The notes: generated from the sequence alone by a model not told the origin. Counted from the first letter of the stretch, positions 12,126 through 25,451 are shown. The stretch is 64,000 nucleotides of DNA from Octopus sinensis (GCF_006345805.1 NC_042999.1:87978001-88042000), one strand, 5' to 3'. Program-made: numbers and translations.

Positions 12126-13397
12126 TAATGCCCCTGTCCCACTTGCAGTTGTTTGATCTAGCTGAAAATTTTCATGTGCAATTATTTATATCTCTATAGA
12201 TTAAGTGGCAAATTACAGCTCTGAACTAATTGTGGTTTCTGATTTACAGGTGTTTGAACTGAGTCATATGTGAAATGGAGCCTGTTGAGTGTCGAGCAGT
12301 GATCCGGTTTTTGTATTTGAAAGGACGCACACCACGGGAGACTTTCATGAAATGAAAGTAACTTATGGTGATGATGCCCCATCATATGACCTTGTAAAGC
12401 GCTGGCATCGTGAATTCAAACATGGTCGGAACTCTGTGGAAATAGCTCCCAGATCTGGTCGTCCCCTTCTGCCATTGATAAAGCATCTGTCCGTCAAGTT
12501 GAGGCTGCCAATTTGGAAGATCGACGCATAACTATTCGCCAAATAGCCCATGAGGTCAAGATTAGTACCGGGTCTGTGGAAACTATCATTCATGACAATT
12601 TGCATATGCAAAAGGTGTCTGCCAGATGGATTCCCAGGTTGCTCACACCTTTCCAGAAGCAAGAACACGTCGAGTGCTCGAGGATGAATTTGGAGATGTG
12701 CAAAGAAGATGAGTCAAAATTTTTCAAAAGACTGATTACACAGGATGAAACCTGGGTCCATCACTATGATCCAGAGACCAAAGCCCAGTCAATGCAGTGG
12801 AAGCACCGTGACTCACCTCCTCCAAAGAAGGCAAGGGTGCAGCCCTCCGCTGGCAAGGTCATGCTCACAGTCTTCTGGGACCAGGACGGAGTAGTGATGA
12901 CAGATTTCCTGGCAAAGGGTACCACAATTACCGGAGCCTAGTATGTTTCACTTTTGAGGAAATTAAGAGAAGCTATCAAAATCAGGAGGCGGGGCAAGAT
13001 CAGCAATGGCATCGTCCTCCTGCAGGACAACGCTCCGGTCCACAACTCGCGTGTCGCCAGATCAGAAGCACAGGCGTGCTGCTATGAACTCCTCCCCCAT
13101 TCCCCCTACTCTCCTGACCTTGCAGTCTCTGATTTTCACCTCTTCCCAGCCATGAAGTTGTTTTTGAAAGGAAAGCGTTTCCCAGATGATGCAGCCTTGA
13201 TTTCTGAAGTCACGTCGTGGTTGGAGGACCAAGCTGGGGTCTTCTACAAAAACGGTCTCCAGAGCTGCATCAAACGATGGGGAAAATGCTTAAATCTGGG
13301 TGGTTCCTATGTAGAAAAAGACTAATAACTGTGCTAAGTTTCGTTGCTCTACTGCTATGGGAAGTGGGTCAGGGCATTACTTATTGAACGCCCTTCG
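12121..13397 (+). mobile_element. mariner element (DD34D), left TIR truncated by (AT)n
   Basis: Right TIR …ggcattacttattgaacgcccttcg|TA. The left side retains only ataagtaatgcccctg…. Same family as 22623-23874. Confidence 0.95.
12275..13325 (+). pseudogene. mariner transposase pseudogene
   Basis: MEPVECRAVIRFLYLKG…WIPRLL…ITQDETWVHHYDPE…LQDNAPVH…YSPDLAVSDFHLF with D34D spacing. Frameshifts near 12345 and 12470; stop at about 12940. Confidence 0.95.
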
Positions 13398-13466
<69 letters not shown>

Positions 13467-13501
13467 CGTGAATATGTGCACACACATATATATATATATT
13501 A

Positions 13502-13716
13502 CAAAGGGATGTTGAAAAGTTCCTGACTTTAAAGATATTGCGAAAGGCCTTGCTGGAAACTCAGAATTCCGAGTTCTCTTTCAGTGGTTAGAAAATCTGA
13601 AGGACTGCTGCAACGAATGTATAAATCTGAGTGGGGAATATGTTGAATAATATCATAATTAACTGAACCTCCAGTATGTTTTTCATTCAAAGCCAAGAAC
13701 TTTTCAGCACCTCCTC

Positions 13717-13717
<1 letters not shown>
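13502..13717. mobile_element. mariner-like MITE
   Basis: Imperfect TIRs CAAAGGGATGTTGAAAAGTTCCTGACTTT and AAAGCCAAGAACTTTTCAGCACCTCCTCG. No coding capacity. Confidence 0.65.
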
Positions 13718-13760
<43 letters not shown>

Positions 13761-13903
13761 GCACACACACACACATGCGTACACGTAAATACGTAAATAT
13801 ACCCACACATAGGTATATAGGATATATAGCGCCTGTGTTTTTGAGCGCACTCTTACAGTGTTTGTGCGTATCGTAGATGCGTTGAATTTTGAATCGAAGA
13901 ATT

Positions 13904-14119
13904 TCATTCCATTTGCTTCGTGTCAGCGTTATTTGCATGTTGTGAATTAGACTGGACACTGGATTTGCCATTGTTACTCTTTGTCGATATTCTGTATGGA
14001 TTCATTTCGTCTATGATGGAATATTGGGCAGTTACATTTTTCAAATTTGTTTGTGCGTCATATAAATTGATAAAGCATGTTTTCTTACAGCATGCCTCAA
14101 ATGTTTGAAGGGCGACCTT
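13904..14119 (-). CDS. Possible terminal exon (71 aa plus stop)
   Basis: Stop-free frame KVALQTFEACCKKTCFINLYDAQ…ADTKQME* after a modest acceptor aactatttaag|. No homology established. Confidence 0.3.
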   Translation of the reverse strand, partial: KVALQTFEACCKKTCFINLYDAQTNLKNVTAQYSIIDEMNPYRISTKSNNGKSSVQSNSQHANNADTKQME

Positions 14120-15186
14120 CTTAAATAGTTAAATATGTAGAGACCATTATTGGTGTTCTCAGAAGAAGAATTAATGCATATTATTAAGTTAAGGCTGATA
14201 ACACTTCTACTTTGAGAAAGACGCATTTAGATATTTAATTTATATACAGTGGATCCAAAAATGTCATTCACAGAATAATGGTCGTAATGTTAATTGAAAG
14301 TCTATCTGAATGATATATTATATTATATTATATGATTGGATTAAACAACCGATTGACCTTCAGTACATGTTCAGATATTTCTTAAAGACACAACGTATTA
14401 TTAATGCCTAAATCAATAGATTATTTCTCACTAACATATATAATATCATATAATCTAATATCAATTTTATTGTCGTACAAACACTATTCTATTGACTTGT
14501 TTGCATTCATGTAACTGTCGTTGGAACATTGATGGAATTTACTTTACTTCAAATAATCTCATAAATATTTCTGAAATAATTCACTGATCAGGATAATTGT
14601 TGTATAAAAGTATTAAGATTATAGTCAATTTTCCTTTAATTTGAAAGAAGCGTAATATTTAAATACAATAAAATATATGAATGGAAAATACTTTCATTAA
14701 CTGGAAATCTTTCTCACTTAAATCATCTACCAGCTTTTTCGTTTGCCTTCATTATGTTTCTAATGGATGAATTAATGGAATAGTTGAATGTAGTGATACA
14801 ATTGCATTAAATCATTGACTTCGCCGTCAATTTCACAGATTTAGTGCGTAATTAACAAGAATAGTTTATCGCATTTACAGAAAAAAAAAAGTTGGTGAAA
14901 AATGGAAACTTAATTGCTAAAAACAAAAGTAGACATTGTACTGAAATCGCCTAATTCTTTTGTGCTAAAGAATAACAAAAATTTGCTGCAAAAATAAAAA
15001 TAAATAAAACAAATAACTAGGATAACGAGTTTCAACTAACACTGAAGATGAGCCACGACCATATTCTTTCATTGCTTAGGGATACCAAAAGCGTTTTCGT
15101 TTATATTAGAAGTTTATTGGACAATAGCAAAATATATTAATTAACCGGAACTTTACGTCCAACAATTACAAGCATGCACAGATACA

Positions 15187-15224
<38 letters not shown>

Positions 15225-15294
15225 TCTATCTTGCTTTCTCTCTCTCTATACCTCTCTTTCTTTCTATCTCTCTTGCATTCATATATATATATAT

Positions 15295-15565
15295 CTTTCT
15301 CTTTTACTTGTTTCAGCCATTTGACTGCGGCCATGCTGGAGCACCGCCTTTAATCGAGCAACTCGACCCTCGGACTTATTCTTTTGTAAGCCCAGTACTT
15401 ATTCTATCGGTCTCTTTTGCCGAACCGCTAAGTAACGGGGACATAAACACACTAGCATCGGTTGTCAAGCAATGCTAGGGGGACAAACACAGACACACAA
15501 ACGCATATATATATATACGACAGGCTTCTTTCAGTTTCCGTCTACCAAATCCACTCACAAGGCTT
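15295..15565 (-). mobile_element. tRNA-derived SINE, 5'-truncated
   Basis: Reverse complement of the body and tail of the 39149-39530 family (…ggcggtgctccagcatggccgcagtcaaatggctgaaacaagtaaaag). Confidence 0.9.
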
Positions 15566-16194
15566 ATATATATACATGCATACACACATATAGACATAGA
15601 TATGCACTCACACACACAAACATAGTCACATACACACACACACACACACATATATATGTGTGTGCAAAAAATGTGTGTATATTTTTTTCATATACAAACC
15701 TAACCTTTCTTAACGCATGCCTGTGAAAAATTACTGCATTAGGCATTTTTGTATTGGCTTTTGTGGTCACAAATAGTCAAGGCGTGTGATAGCAAACAGG
15801 GCCTAAAGAAGTGCTTAGGTTATTTTTACAGCAACAAAGTGGAAAGGAGATACGGATATTTTCAAAATAATTGTTTATCATTCTATAACACACAATTACT
15901 CAATCAGTGCATTGCGCTGCAATATCGTGGTTATATGTAGTTCTAACTTCTCCGAAGTAGCAGATAATATAATAGGTGTTGGCAGCCATATCTGAATGTG
16001 TAAACAGGTTGAGAAATAGATAACTTCGCCATTGATATTTTCAGAAATTGATGTACGTTGGTGTTAAATAGATAAATAATACATATTGCTGCGTCTTACT
16101 GGGACGCGCGCGCGCATACACACACACATGCGTACACAAGCACGCACACAGAACACAACACACACACACATGTATGTGTGTAGCTAAATATATT

Positions 16195-16337
16195 CGCGCA
16201 GGTGTGGCTTTGTGGTAGGACGTTTGCGCCTCAAATACATGGTTCCAGGTTCTGTCGCACCGCATAGCACGTTCAGCAAGACTTCTACTGTAACCCTCAG
16301 TGAACCAAAACCTTGTGAGTGGATTTAGGAGACATAA

Positions 16338-16378
<41 letters not shown>

Positions 16379-16595
16379 GCGTGCGTGCGCCTTTGTCTTT
16401 CAACACCACATGACAACTGGACCTCATATATTTACGTCCCCGCAACTTAGCGGGTTGGCGAAATAGATTAATGAAATAAGTACCAGATTTAAAATATAAT
16501 AAAGAATTATAGTTGGTTTGTTTGATTAAATCCTGGAAGCCGTAACCCAAAATGGCGGGCATCTAATGACTGAAACAAGTAACTGATAAAAGATA
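16195..16595 (+). mobile_element. tRNA-derived SINE (diverged)
   Basis: Same head (gcaggtgtggctttgtggtagg…catggttcc…) and tail (…aatgactgaaacaagtaa) as the family at 39149. Confidence 0.8.
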
Positions 16596-16884
16596 CGAGA
16601 ATGTTACATTTTGTAAACGAAAGTAGTTAGTTCTCAATTAAGGGAACTGATGCTTTGCCCACGTCTTGATTTCCACGGCCTGTGGTCGTTCATAGGTATA
16701 TGTTACTTATTCAAACGGTTATTTTCCTTCGCGTGTTTACCATTAGTGAAGTATTCGACACCTCAGATCTCATTACACGCTGTGTGTATTAGGGCGATCA
16801 AGTTAGAAATTCCTAAAATTGTTGGTTTTGCTTAGATAATCTTGCCATACTTCCACAGTGTCACCACAGTATATATATATATAT

Positions 16885-16972
<88 letters not shown>

Positions 16973-17481
16973 GTGTGTGTGTGTGTGCGTGTGCGTGCGT
17001 GCGCCTTTGTCTTTCAACACCACATGACAACTGGACCTCATATATTTACGTCCCCGCAACTTAGCGGGTTGGCGAAATAGATTAATGAAATAAGTACCAG
17101 ATTTAAAATATAATAAAGAATTATAGTTGGTTTGTTTGATTAAATCCTGGAAGCCGTACCCAAAATGGCGGGCATCTAATGACTGAAACAAGTAACTGAT
17201 AAAAGATACGAGAATGTTACATTTTGTAAACGAAAGTAGTTAGTTCTCAATTAAGGGAACTGATGCTTTGCCCACGTCTTGATTTCCACGGCCTGTGGTC
17301 GTTCATAGGTATATGTTACTTATTCAAACGGTTATTTTCCTTCGCGTGTTTACCATTAGTGAAGTATTCGACACCTCAGATCTCATTACACGCTGTGTGT
17401 ATTAGGGCGATCAAGTTAGAAATTCCTAAAATTGTTGGTTTTGCTTAGATAATCTTGCCATACTTCCACAGTGTCACCACA

Positions 17482-17579
<98 letters not shown>

Positions 17580-17580
17580 A
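16372..17580. repeat. Near-identical tandem duplication with ~613-bp period, bounded by (TA)n(TG)n tracts
   Basis: Identical ORF translations at 16650-16835 and 17263-17448. I see only one 1-bp indel in the unique part (agccgtaaccc vs agccgtaccc). Confidence 0.95.
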
Positions 17581-17709
17581 GAAGGTTAAAAAGTAACACA
17601 CGAGTTGATATGTATAAGGAAAATAATACAAGTTAGAAAGTAGTAAAATAATTACATTATTTAGTTTATTTACATTTGAGAGATATTTGTCTTCATCTTG
17701 CTTGTTGTG

Positions 17710-17752
17710 AACACAACGTTTCGGCTTATATACTCTCCAGCTTTCATCAGGT
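17710..17752 (-). ncRNA. Minimal type I hammerhead motif with stem I split by a SINE insertion
   Basis: Minus strand reads (ac)CTGATGA aagctggagagtatataagcc GAAAC GTT GTGTT. The rest of the 5' stem-I strand (gac) is displaced to 17838-17840. Confidence 0.6.
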
Positions 17753-17833
17753 CGATTTGCACGACTAAAAGCGGTGCTCCAGCATAGCCGCAGTCAAATG
17801 ACTGAAACAAATAAAAGAGTAAAAGAGTAAAAG
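17753..17833 (+). mobile_element. 5'-truncated SINE tail inserted into the hammerhead arm
   Basis: cgatttgcacgactaaaagcggtgctccagc…(aaaagagt)n, flanked by aggt at 17749-17752 and 17834-17837. Confidence 0.85.
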
Positions 17834-17887
17834 AGGTGTCTCGGGGGAATGTCGAATCTGGGTTCTCATTCCTAAGGTATTTTGCCG

Positions 17888-17928
<41 letters not shown>

Positions 17929-17999
17929 TAATAATAATAATAATAACAACACCGGAAAAATACCTTAGGAATGACCACCCAGGTTCGAAATTCCTTCAG

Positions 18000-18045
18000 G
18001 ACACCTGATGAAGGCTGGTAAGTACATCAGTCGAAACGTTGCGTT
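18000..18045 (+). ncRNA. Minimal type I hammerhead motif
   Basis: GACAC CTGATGA A GGCTG gtaagtacat CAGTC GAAAC GTT GCGTT. Stem III is the palindrome AACGUU. One mismatch in stem I. Confidence 0.65.
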
Positions 18046-18216
18046 AACAACAAACAAAACGAGGACAAATATCCGTCAAATGTAAATGATGTACATAATT
18101 CTTCATCTCTCAAATATAGAACTGTAGTAAAATAATTACGTGATAAAATTATTTTAGCATTTTCTAACTTGTCTTATTTCCCTTATATGTATATATATAT
18201 TTTTTGTTTGTTTGTT

Positions 18217-18278
<62 letters not shown>

Positions 18279-19608
18279 TGAGTTTGTGTGCGCGAGCTTG
18301 TTTATTGCTGATTCTTCCGACACGTATCCATTGTTAACCCGAGAGAGAGAGAGAGATGATACTGTATGGCTGCCCCTTGGAACCTCAGTTACACACACAC
18401 ACACACAACACACACGCACACACATATAGTTTACTTCTCCGCTTGGGTAAGATCAACAAAAAGTAATCTATTTGGTGAGATTGTTTAATGTACACAATAC
18501 ATAGTCATAAACAACTAACAGTTTCATACATTGAAGATATTATTTAGATAGGTTTTTAAAACACGCCTGGGGTCTCCAAGTAATCTTAAGGCTCTGATGT
18601 CACACTTCCCTTTGCTATTTTCAGTATTGATTTCTTTTTCTAAGAACGAGAACAATTTTGTCTGTATAGGTAGTACAGTCAACCAACTGAATCTTATAAT
18701 AATCCTGTTTGTCATTCTGTTACTTAGCCTGTCGGTAACACTTTCACATGATTAGATAAAGCAAAGGGAGATAAAAAAGAGGGAGAGAGAAACAGACAGA
18801 GAGGAGCGTTCATGACGTCAGGCAGAGGGAATGTAATTGTAATGCTTTCACGTGATTAGTTAAAGGTAAAGAGATAACAAGAGGGAGAAAGGAAATAGGA
18901 GGGAGAAAAAGAGGACAAGGCGAGGAGTGAGACAGAAAGAGGGAAAAAGAAAAAGTGGGAGAGAGAAAAAAAGAGAGAGAAAAAGAGGGAGAGAGAAGTG
19001 TGCATGGCGTGAGTTAAGAGGAACATACTATTCATTGCGTGGTTAAAAAGTTAGTTGACGGTAGTGGTGATATAGAGGAAGAGAGTAAAAATATAACTTT
19101 AGCAGAAGGGTGATGTAATGATGGTGAGGTTAAAGAAAGGCAGAGAGGGAGAAGGGGAGATGATGATGCTGGTGGTCGTGGCGATTGGATAGTGAAAAGT
19201 ATAATTTTTAAAAATTTGAACCAAGTTATTTATATCACCTACCACTTAACACATGCGCATAAGAGCAATTCTGTGAAATATTCACGCTTATTTAAGTAGC
19301 AGATATATGCAATTTAACTAAAGGTTGTATCATATGTAACAAATATTTTTTTTCTTTTTCTTTAAGGAAAAAATGGAAAAATCAGAGTGAATATTTATGA
19401 GTGTTATGTATTAAGTCTATAAAATTATGCATAAAGCATATAAAATGTATATATAAAGTGCATTAAGTAATCATTGTATTCCAATTTCTTTCACTTTTCG
19501 ATGAGTAGCAGATGAGCGACTATATTTCCATACAGACACAATACTGGCTACGCTTCCAGTTTTTGGGATAAAGTTTTCAGAAATAACCCAATAAATTTAC
19601 CATTAATT

Positions 19609-19634
19609 CCGTGAAATATTCACGGGTGCGCTAG
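19609..19634 (+). mobile_element. Helitron-like 3' terminus
   Basis: Hairpin CCGTGAAATATTCACGG followed 5 nt later by CTAG|T. The 5' end was not located. Confidence 0.55.
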
Positions 19635-22622
19635 TTATAATTAATCACTATATTAGGCAGGTGAACGTATAAATGGCATTGATAAAAATAGTACTTTCTT
19701 TGATTTGATACAAGGACCTACATTTTTAGGGGATATGAAATAAGATGGTGCTTTTCCATAGTGTGAAATGCCTTGATTTCAGAGTAGAAAGTGTATCTCG
19801 AGCACAGCTGCTCGAAGTACTAATGTTGTATTGAGAAACGAAACATTTTTTTTTCTTTACACACACACTCCGATTACATTTTTCTGTATTAACAGCGAGA
19901 TGTTATTTTATTGATAATATCTAATCACAGACCGTTTATGCATTTAATCAGCTATCTATAGAGATCTGGGGATTTGCACGGGTATGCTAAACCTAATAAT
20001 AATCGGAAATCTAACATATGAAAATGTGGGAAAGATATAAATGTTTACAAGTAAAAGTTAATCGTTGGAAAAATTATTTTATAAAGAACAACAAATTTAA
20101 GATGTATAGGTAATTAATCCGTTTAATTCGTGTTCTGCTATATTAATTTCAATAAAAGTGGGATGATTAGTGTATTACATAAAGTAAAGTCTGACAAATA
20201 TGAGTTTAGACTTGAGTCTGAGATACATTTAATCACTGCTCTGCTATTGAATCTTCCCTATTGTAATTGCTCAAAAGGGAGTTGCGGTAAATTATTGCAG
20301 CATTAGTAGTACATTTGAAATGATTTCGTGATTGAGCAGAGTAACGCTGACACTAGTGGTATTGGAAATTAAAATCTGAAAGAAGCAGGAATATTCAGTA
20401 ATTTACATTGTCCAGTGAACTGCTGTCTTGGCCATCTATAACTCCCTGTTAATGTTAACACCAGAGCTAGCTTATGATCTTGTTACACGATTTTGACCGG
20501 TTTATTGAACATTTATTTGCAACATGATGCAAATTAAAACAACCTTGTTAAGAATTATATGCGCTGTTTTGGAGTATTCATGCATGGCATTGATGGCGCT
20601 TCTCTGCCTTTAATATTAACATCTGCTGGTAGATTACTCTTCAATTACAAATTCCTCATTGAAAATAATCAATACGCTGTTTGGTTTATAGCTTATTTTT
20701 TCCTTAACTTTTTGTTGTTCCCTTTACTCAATTCGTTACATTCAATTATATTATATTCTCTTATTTTCTACCGGTTTTTATTTCATTTTATATATGCTTG
20801 AATTCTGTCTTCTTTTTTAATATTCGAATTCAATATATTTTGTCGGTGGAAAAAAGGGAAAACATCAAGATTTTTCTATTGATGAACTAATTTGAAAGAA
20901 ACTGTTGTTAATTAGAAAATCCAATGCTCTTAGATGAACGAGCTATGTTGTTTGTATAATAAATTTGCCTTTTGAAAATAAAAAATTTACACCTCTGAAA
21001 AATGAAAGTAAAAAGTAGCAAGTCTTTAATTAATCAGCAAAAAGGTCAATGAATTTTTTTCATCGACTTATGACTCAATAAAATTTTATAAATTACAGAT
21101 TAAAATGAGAAGAAGAAAAATATATAATTCGAGTTTATATTTTTCCGTTAACTTATTGAAGTATTTACCAATTTCAAACTGTATGAAACAAAAATATTCT
21201 AAGCTTGTGTTGTTCAAAATCTATTGCAAGTAAGAGAATTTAAAACATCACTATGGATAAATCTTTATAGTAAAAACAAAAACAGTGCATTTAAGAAGAC
21301 CGAATGAAAATAGAATAGATACATTTTTTGTGTAACAGCTAATGATGGAAAATTCGTATCCAAGGTGATTTATTAGGTCTAGTAATATACATGTTACAAG
21401 AGAGGGAGAATAGTTTTATCGTTGGATGAGATATCTGTCATTATGTTGACATGCATAAAGTGTCGAGGAGTAACATACTTGTGTTATATCACTAGTCTCG
21501 GAATTACCAATTTTCAAAACAGTTTAGCGCTCACATACACTGTATTAACGCACGCGTGCAGACGCACGCACACACACACATGTTAGTTTTTAAGTATATT
21601 AAGTGTGTATTCCTTCCATTTGAACCTACACGTATCATGTCTAACTTAAATGATTACAGAGAAAGCTGAACCTATTATTGAATTTATACTTATACTGGTT
21701 CGTTATTGAACAAGAAACAGCAAGATTCCAACGTTAGCAAATTTAGCGGGAAATTAGACTTAGAAACTGAACGCCATCTCTTCATACATGGCAGAATTGC
21801 TGATGACTGGATTGTGAGTATGACACATAATTTAATCGTTTAACATTCGCATAGAAATCTGTACATGGACAGTCCTGCTAGTTCTGCTAGTGCTGCTGGC
21901 TACAAAGAATACTACAAAGAAAAATAACTTCTTTCTCTAATCAGCAGTGACAAAGTAATATTTTAAAATGTTGTGTTAGCTTGAAGGGATTAAGGCAGTT
22001 CTTTTCGAGCAGGTAGTCAACTTGATAAAAGAAAAATAACTTGCTCAAGATACACTACAAAAAATAATATTTTCAGAGCTTCGGCTCAATTGTTCGAGAA
22101 AATCAATAATATATATGAACTATTTTATATTTGACTAATTAGCTAACAGTAGGTTTATATTCCAAAGTTCATCCTTTGGCAATTTGTTACATTCTGTGAC
22201 TTTTCATAGAAAATGTGCTTATTATTAAGGTATGAACTCTTTGAAAATAACGAAATTCAGCTAACCACTTCACTTACATTACTATTTGTACATTGAAACA
22301 CAATTTGTAACGATCATAGAACAATTTGTAATAGTCGTCACAGGGACTATATAGTTTCCCATAAAATTGAAAAGGAGTAATGTTTTCTATTTTTAATAAT
22401 GAAATATGCAATAATTATTCCGAAAGGTCAATATCTAAACATTTTTCAGGCTAAATTTCATTTATCTATAAGATGCAACAGTTGTTTCATAAATATAATC
22501 TGCAGAACATATCAAATGATACTTAGTATTTCTATATTGTAAAATATTGTCTTTCAGTTTCCGTATTCAGTATTTATCCTAAATCTTAGCACAGTTTTAT
22601 AACAACTAAATTTTAATAACTA

Positions 22623-23874
22623 CGAGGGGCGTTCAATAAGTAATGCCCCTGACCCACTTCCCATAGCAGTAGAGCAACGACACTTGGCACAGTTATTAGT
22701 CTTTTCCTACATAGGAACTACCCAGAGTTATGCATTTCTCCCATCGTTTGATGCAGCTCTGGAGACCGTTTTTGTAGAAGACCCCAGCTTGGTCCTCCAA
22801 CCACGACGTGACTTCAGAAATCAAGGCTGCATCATCTGGGAAACGCTTTCCTTTCAAAATCAACTTCATGGCTGGGGAGAGGTGAAAATCAGAGGGTGCA
22901 AGGGGAGGAGTTCATAGCTGCACGCCTGTGCTTCTGATCTGGCGACACGTGAGTTGTGGACCGGAGCGTTGTCCTGCAGGAGGAGGATGCCTTTGCTGAT
23001 CTTGACCCGCCTCCTGATTTTGATAGCTTCTCTTAATTTCCTCAAAAGTGAAGCATAATAGGCTCCTGTAATTGTGGTACCCTTTGCCAGGAAATCTGTC
23101 ATCACTACTCCGTTCTGGTCCCAGAAGACTGTGAGCATAACCTTGTCAGCGGAAGGCTGCACCCTTGCCTTCTTTGGAGGAGGTGAGTCACGGTGCTTTC
23201 ACTGCATTGACTGGGCTTTGGTCTCTGGATCATAGTGATGGACCCAGGTTTTATCCTGTGTGATCAGTCTTTTGAAAAAGTTTGACTCATCTTCTTGGCA
23301 CATCTCCAAATTCATCCTCGAGCACTCAACGCGTTCTTGCTTCTGGAAAGGTGTGAGCAACCTGGAAATCCATCTGGCAGACACCTTTTGCATATGCAAA
23401 TGGTCATGAATGATAGTTTCCACAGACCCGGTACTAATCTTGACCTCATAGGCTATTTGGCGAATAGTTATGCGTTGACCTTCAAAATGGCAGCCTCAAC
23501 TTGACGGACAGACGTCTCATCAATGGCAGAAGGGGGCGACCAGATCTGGGAGCTGTTTCTACAGAGTTCCGACTATGTTTGAATTCACAATGCCAGCGTT
23601 TTACAAGGTGATATGATGGGGCATCATCACCATAAGTTACTTTCATTTCATCAAAAGTCTCCCGTGGTGTGCGTCCTTTCAAATACAAAAACCAGATCAC
23701 TGCTCGACACTCAACAGGCTCCATTTCACACTTGACTCAGTTCAAACACCTGTAAATCAGAAGCTGTAATTCGCCACTTAATCTATAGAGGTATAAGTAA
23801 GTGCACATGCAAAATTTCAACTCGATCAAACAATTGCAAGTGGGTCAGGGGCATTACTTATTGAACGCCCCTCG
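22623..23874 (-). mobile_element. Full-length mariner element (DD34D family) with both TIRs and TA TSD
   Basis: TA|CGAGGGGCGTTCAATAAGTAATGCCCCTGACCCACTT…AAGTGGGTCAGGGGCATTACTTATTGAACGCCCCTCG|TA; 1252 bp. Confidence 0.95.
22696..23724 (-). pseudogene. mariner transposase pseudogene
   Basis: MEPVECRAVIWFLYLKG…; first Asp motif reads QDKTW; LQDNAPVH is present. Frameshifts, a stop, and a deletion in the YSPDL region. Confidence 0.95.
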
Positions 23875-25371
23875 TATATTTTCACTTGACCAATATATGA
23901 TTTTATGGGGATTAATGTTTGTGTGCATTCATTAGAGTGAACTACATGGAAAAGAGTGTGTTAATTCTCCTTTACTTTAGGCCTTTTATTTCATTTCCTG
24001 TTAATATGATATTTATAATAATACAAGTGGTTCACATGTTTTATGTGGTTTCTGGTTGGAAGGTCTTAATCATTTGTTGCACTCCCGAAACTTTCAACCA
24101 TAGTTTAGAATCCTGCGCATTGCAGATAATGTTGCGGTCAATTCCAACACTTTCAACCGTAGTTCAGAATCATGCGCTTTGTAGCCAATGTTGTGGTCAT
24201 TCCAATTTTACTCAATTTTTTCACGGAATTTCTTATCATCGTTGTATCAACTTCGAATCCTATAGAATTTTTTTAGTTTAATCTTTAGCCTTTTCAGGTT
24301 GTATTGCCTTTCTGTCTAAAACTGTGTGCTATTTTATTTTCTGATTTATATTGAAAGTATCTTTGGGGATAAGGCTTTTCTTTTCGTCTTCTTATTTGTA
24401 TTAGATTCCAATTTTCTTCACGAGATATTTAATATTCTTCACATGAATATTTTATGATAGTTTTCTAGCTGTATAAACCCTGCATATTTCTGCATTATTG
24501 GTAAATATAATATTTTCTGCGTCAAAGCTTTTTTCGTGTATTCTAAATGAAACCAATGTTTATTTTATTTTCTGAACAGCTCCAGCTGTCCATTTATTGT
24601 CCAAATTATTGCTTATTACTTGGGCAGGTGGAGCATTGACGTCAACCACCCAGCATTTTGCACCTAGCTCTGTTTCAAGCATTAAACTAATCATCTGTAA
24701 TATTTGCAAGTCGGTATTTGGTAAAATTCTCTTTTTCTTTATCTACCATGACAGTGTTCTTAAATTCCTGTTCAAGATTGCCTTGGTTGGTTTTAAAAAG
24801 TAAATTTTATATTTGTGCCTCTAGCAAACCAGTGTACTCTCTGCAGCAGTTGTTCCAGTGTTTATCATGTACAGCAGGCTCCATGGTTGATTCTTTTTCT
24901 ATAGGATTTATAACCGAACTGAGTCTGGTTTAATGTCCGCAAAATATGTTTGACATTAATCAGAAAAAATAGTTGAAGCAGGTTTCCCTTTGGTATATTC
25001 CCTTTCTAAAACAATTAGGCTTAGTTTTGTATTTCCATTATATTTATCTCCAAAATACTTTGCCATTGAATCATTACATACCCATAATCTATGTTACCTT
25101 ATTTAAAGAAAACGTTTTCAGGTTTCGCAAGATGCAAAATCCTCCTTGTGGATGCTTCTTTGTTTTCAGTCTTCAGTGTTTTTTTATGGCTTTGTTAATT
25201 TGTGTTTGAATTTTATAGCCATGTGTACCATTGCAATATAACATCTGCTGTTATATATACATATGTGTGTGTGAGTGTATATATATATATATATATATAT
25301 ACATATATATTTATAATGTATATATATGTATATATGTATATACATGTATAAATATTATTTAGCAGCTGCTT

Positions 25372-25451
25372 CTCTTCTTGTTCTTGTTCTTGTTTTTCTT
25401 GTTCTTCCTCTTGTTGTTGTTGTTGTTGTTGTTCTTCTTCTTCTTCTTCTT

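Larger units (their letters stand above)
17640..18139. mobile_element. Head-to-head inverted hammerhead-bearing insertion (Penelope-like, non-autonomous) with 16-bp TSD
   Basis: Direct repeat gtagtaaaataattac at 17640-17655 and 18124-18139. Inverted arms at about 17668-17887 and 17951-18087 flank a central (AAT)n. Confidence 0.8.
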
